Shown here in pieces: positions 61,983-64,000 of a stretch of 64,000 nt of DNA. The position numbers and the translations under genes are program-made. The stretch is from Botryllus schlosseri (Eukaryota), in the NCBI GenBank assembly GCA_051294905.1, contig CM119371.1:8744001-8808000 (forward strand). Reading direction: 5' to 3'. The number at the start of each line of letters is the position of its first letter. The first letter of the stretch is position 1. A model generated the notes under the pieces. The model had not been told where the DNA came from, made no database searches, and saw nothing but the letters and a program-made list of their open reading frames with translations.

Positions 61983-64000
61983 CTAATCGCGATCGCCTTT
62001 AATGTCCAATCAGACAGGAAAAAATATTTTACTGAGCAAAGAAACGTTTATGACGGGGATTATTCTAGCAGAATCATGTCGGTGCATATTGCATATAGCC
62101 GTTGAAGCTGAATCCACCGATTACGGCTCATCCTGCTCATACCGTGTAGTCTCAAGGTCAGGGATCCACATATAATAAAATTGACCAATCCGGATTTATG
62201 TCAGCAGAAAGAGTTTCTATATAATCTCAAAATTTCTTATTAATATATGCCGCTATTTGTCTATGTGTTGTCTTCCGTGTAATAATGTATATTATTTTAT
62301 CAGCTGTATTGCAAATTTAGAGGTTTCGCAGATCCCTTGAAAATGCTAAGCGGACCTCTAGGTGTCTGCGGATCGCCGGTTGAGAACCACTTCTTAAATA
62401 GGTCAACACGACCTTCGACCACGACGGCGAACGCTCTACAAAAAAAGGCACCCGCGTATAGTAAGCCGATATCAATAAATAGATTAGTCCGGAGTTCACC
62501 GGAAATGAACATGAACAGTTTCACATGGATATTTGACGTCAAGTTTATTCATTACGCATATGCCCTGGAATGATGGCTACATAAGTAATCAATATGCAGC
62601 CGGAAATAGCGAAGAGGTTGTGCATCCCTGTTTTAGAGTGATGACGACGGCCAAAAGTGGCATCTAAAAACTTTACGTACAATGTCTTACTAAAACGAAT
62701 CCATCGATATTATATCGTTATATGTTCATGCAAATGCATAAAAAGAGCATACTCGTGGGTGTTTTGGGGGAATGTTCACATGTGTCTTGAAGTGTTCATG
62801 CATTAGGTTTTCCATGTCGTCTTATTATATACATACGCTCATTACGTAGATGATGTCACATCCGCTTAGTGGAAATATTTCAATAATATGACGAGTGACG
62901 ACCCTTCGAGTCATATTACATCATTGGATATCCTCGCTTGCATTTAAGTTTTGTGCATAGGATACTTCCAATATGAGTTGACTGCTATAGTAAGAAATTA
63001 TGCGTATTATATTTTATATAGGTAATGCTTCGTATCGCTGTACATAAGGATGTTCAGCTACACCTATTAGAAGATATAGATTAGAATATATACGAAGGTA
63101 CGACTTGATCATTAGTAAAAATGCGACGAAATTTAGATTCTTTATTATAGAGTATATGGCTACGACACCAAACGGACACACTGATCATCACCTGGAACTG
63201 CAAGAAACAGGACATCTCAGCGGACAAGGTAAAATCGATAACGCATGCTCAGCACGCAGTGTTTTCAATAGTTGATTTACTCACTCTGCGACACATCTGC
63301 GACACGAAACAGTAGATGACGCAATTCGCAATGCAGTAAATTCGGTTGCCACGGAACGTTCCTGGAGCTCAACAATTATATTCCTCAGAGTTGTTTAGTT
63401 TCGTGGCAGAAGTAAATAAAAAGAGGTCTCGATTTTTTTCATATAATTGTTCTGGTCTTTACATATCTGAAATAAATATATTTTAGATATGCTGAATTAG
63501 CTATATCCTGAGTCAAAATCCTTTCTTAGGCCAAACTACTTCACAAGGACAGACAGTTCCAGCCAGAAATGAAAATAAGTAGTAAAATTTTAACTAATGT
63601 GCGAAAACACCTAATTTGCATACGTGAGATCAAGATTTGGTCAAAATTAGGCTTTTTTTAACTCAAAATCTTCCGTTTTTAGGTTAAAAAATCGCCTTGT
63701 TATTATAAATTCTAAAATATTTACGATGAATTGCGCTATCACCGGTAAGACATGACCGGACCGTGCCTCACTTGTGCCATACCCCTCCTTTCACGTTTGA
63801 TTTTCGAACAATAAATAGGCATCAAATTGCCTGATTTTAGTAGAAAAATGTTTAAAATATACTGGATAGGTGAGGCACTGTCTCACCCACCTCTCGTGCT
63901 ACACCAAAACGCATTAAGTAAAAAAAAACGTGTAAAAAGTTGATTCCTACTTTACTGTTGTATATGTCTACGTCTGTTAATTGTCTTAAGCTTCGAAATA

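Overview
AT-rich, intron-containing, transposon-dense animal genomic DNA. It is not prokaryotic; a marine invertebrate such as an ascidian is plausible, but that is inference only. Main content: (1) A very young full-length BEL/Pao LTR retrotransposon (3871-11612) with 394-bp LTRs differing at 2 sites, a 5-bp GTAGT TSD, and gag-pol split by one -1 frameshift. (2) A plus-strand NLR-type (NACHT-LRR) immune-receptor gene. I reconstruct it by hand as 8 phase-compatible coding exons (20113-45001, about 829 aa). It has no recognisable death-fold domain; instead its own small exon encodes an N/Q/T/V-rich, RHIM/amyloid-signalling-like segment just before the NACHT. (3) Two paralogous decayed tRNA-Pro arrays (about 1.6-2.9 kb and 50.7-53.4 kb) that bracket the NLR locus. 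Two different hAT-type elements sit at the same nucleotide of the tRNA-Pro A-box. (4) Many nested non-autonomous DNA transposons with 8-bp TSDs (Buster/Charlie-like, Tol2-like, other hAT-like), a Chapaev3 relic, two tRNA-derived SINEs sharing a core, a LINE 3' end and simple repeats. (5) Scattered candidate exons of an unidentified minus-strand gene at 56-62 kb. All calls come from manual reading; no database searches were run.
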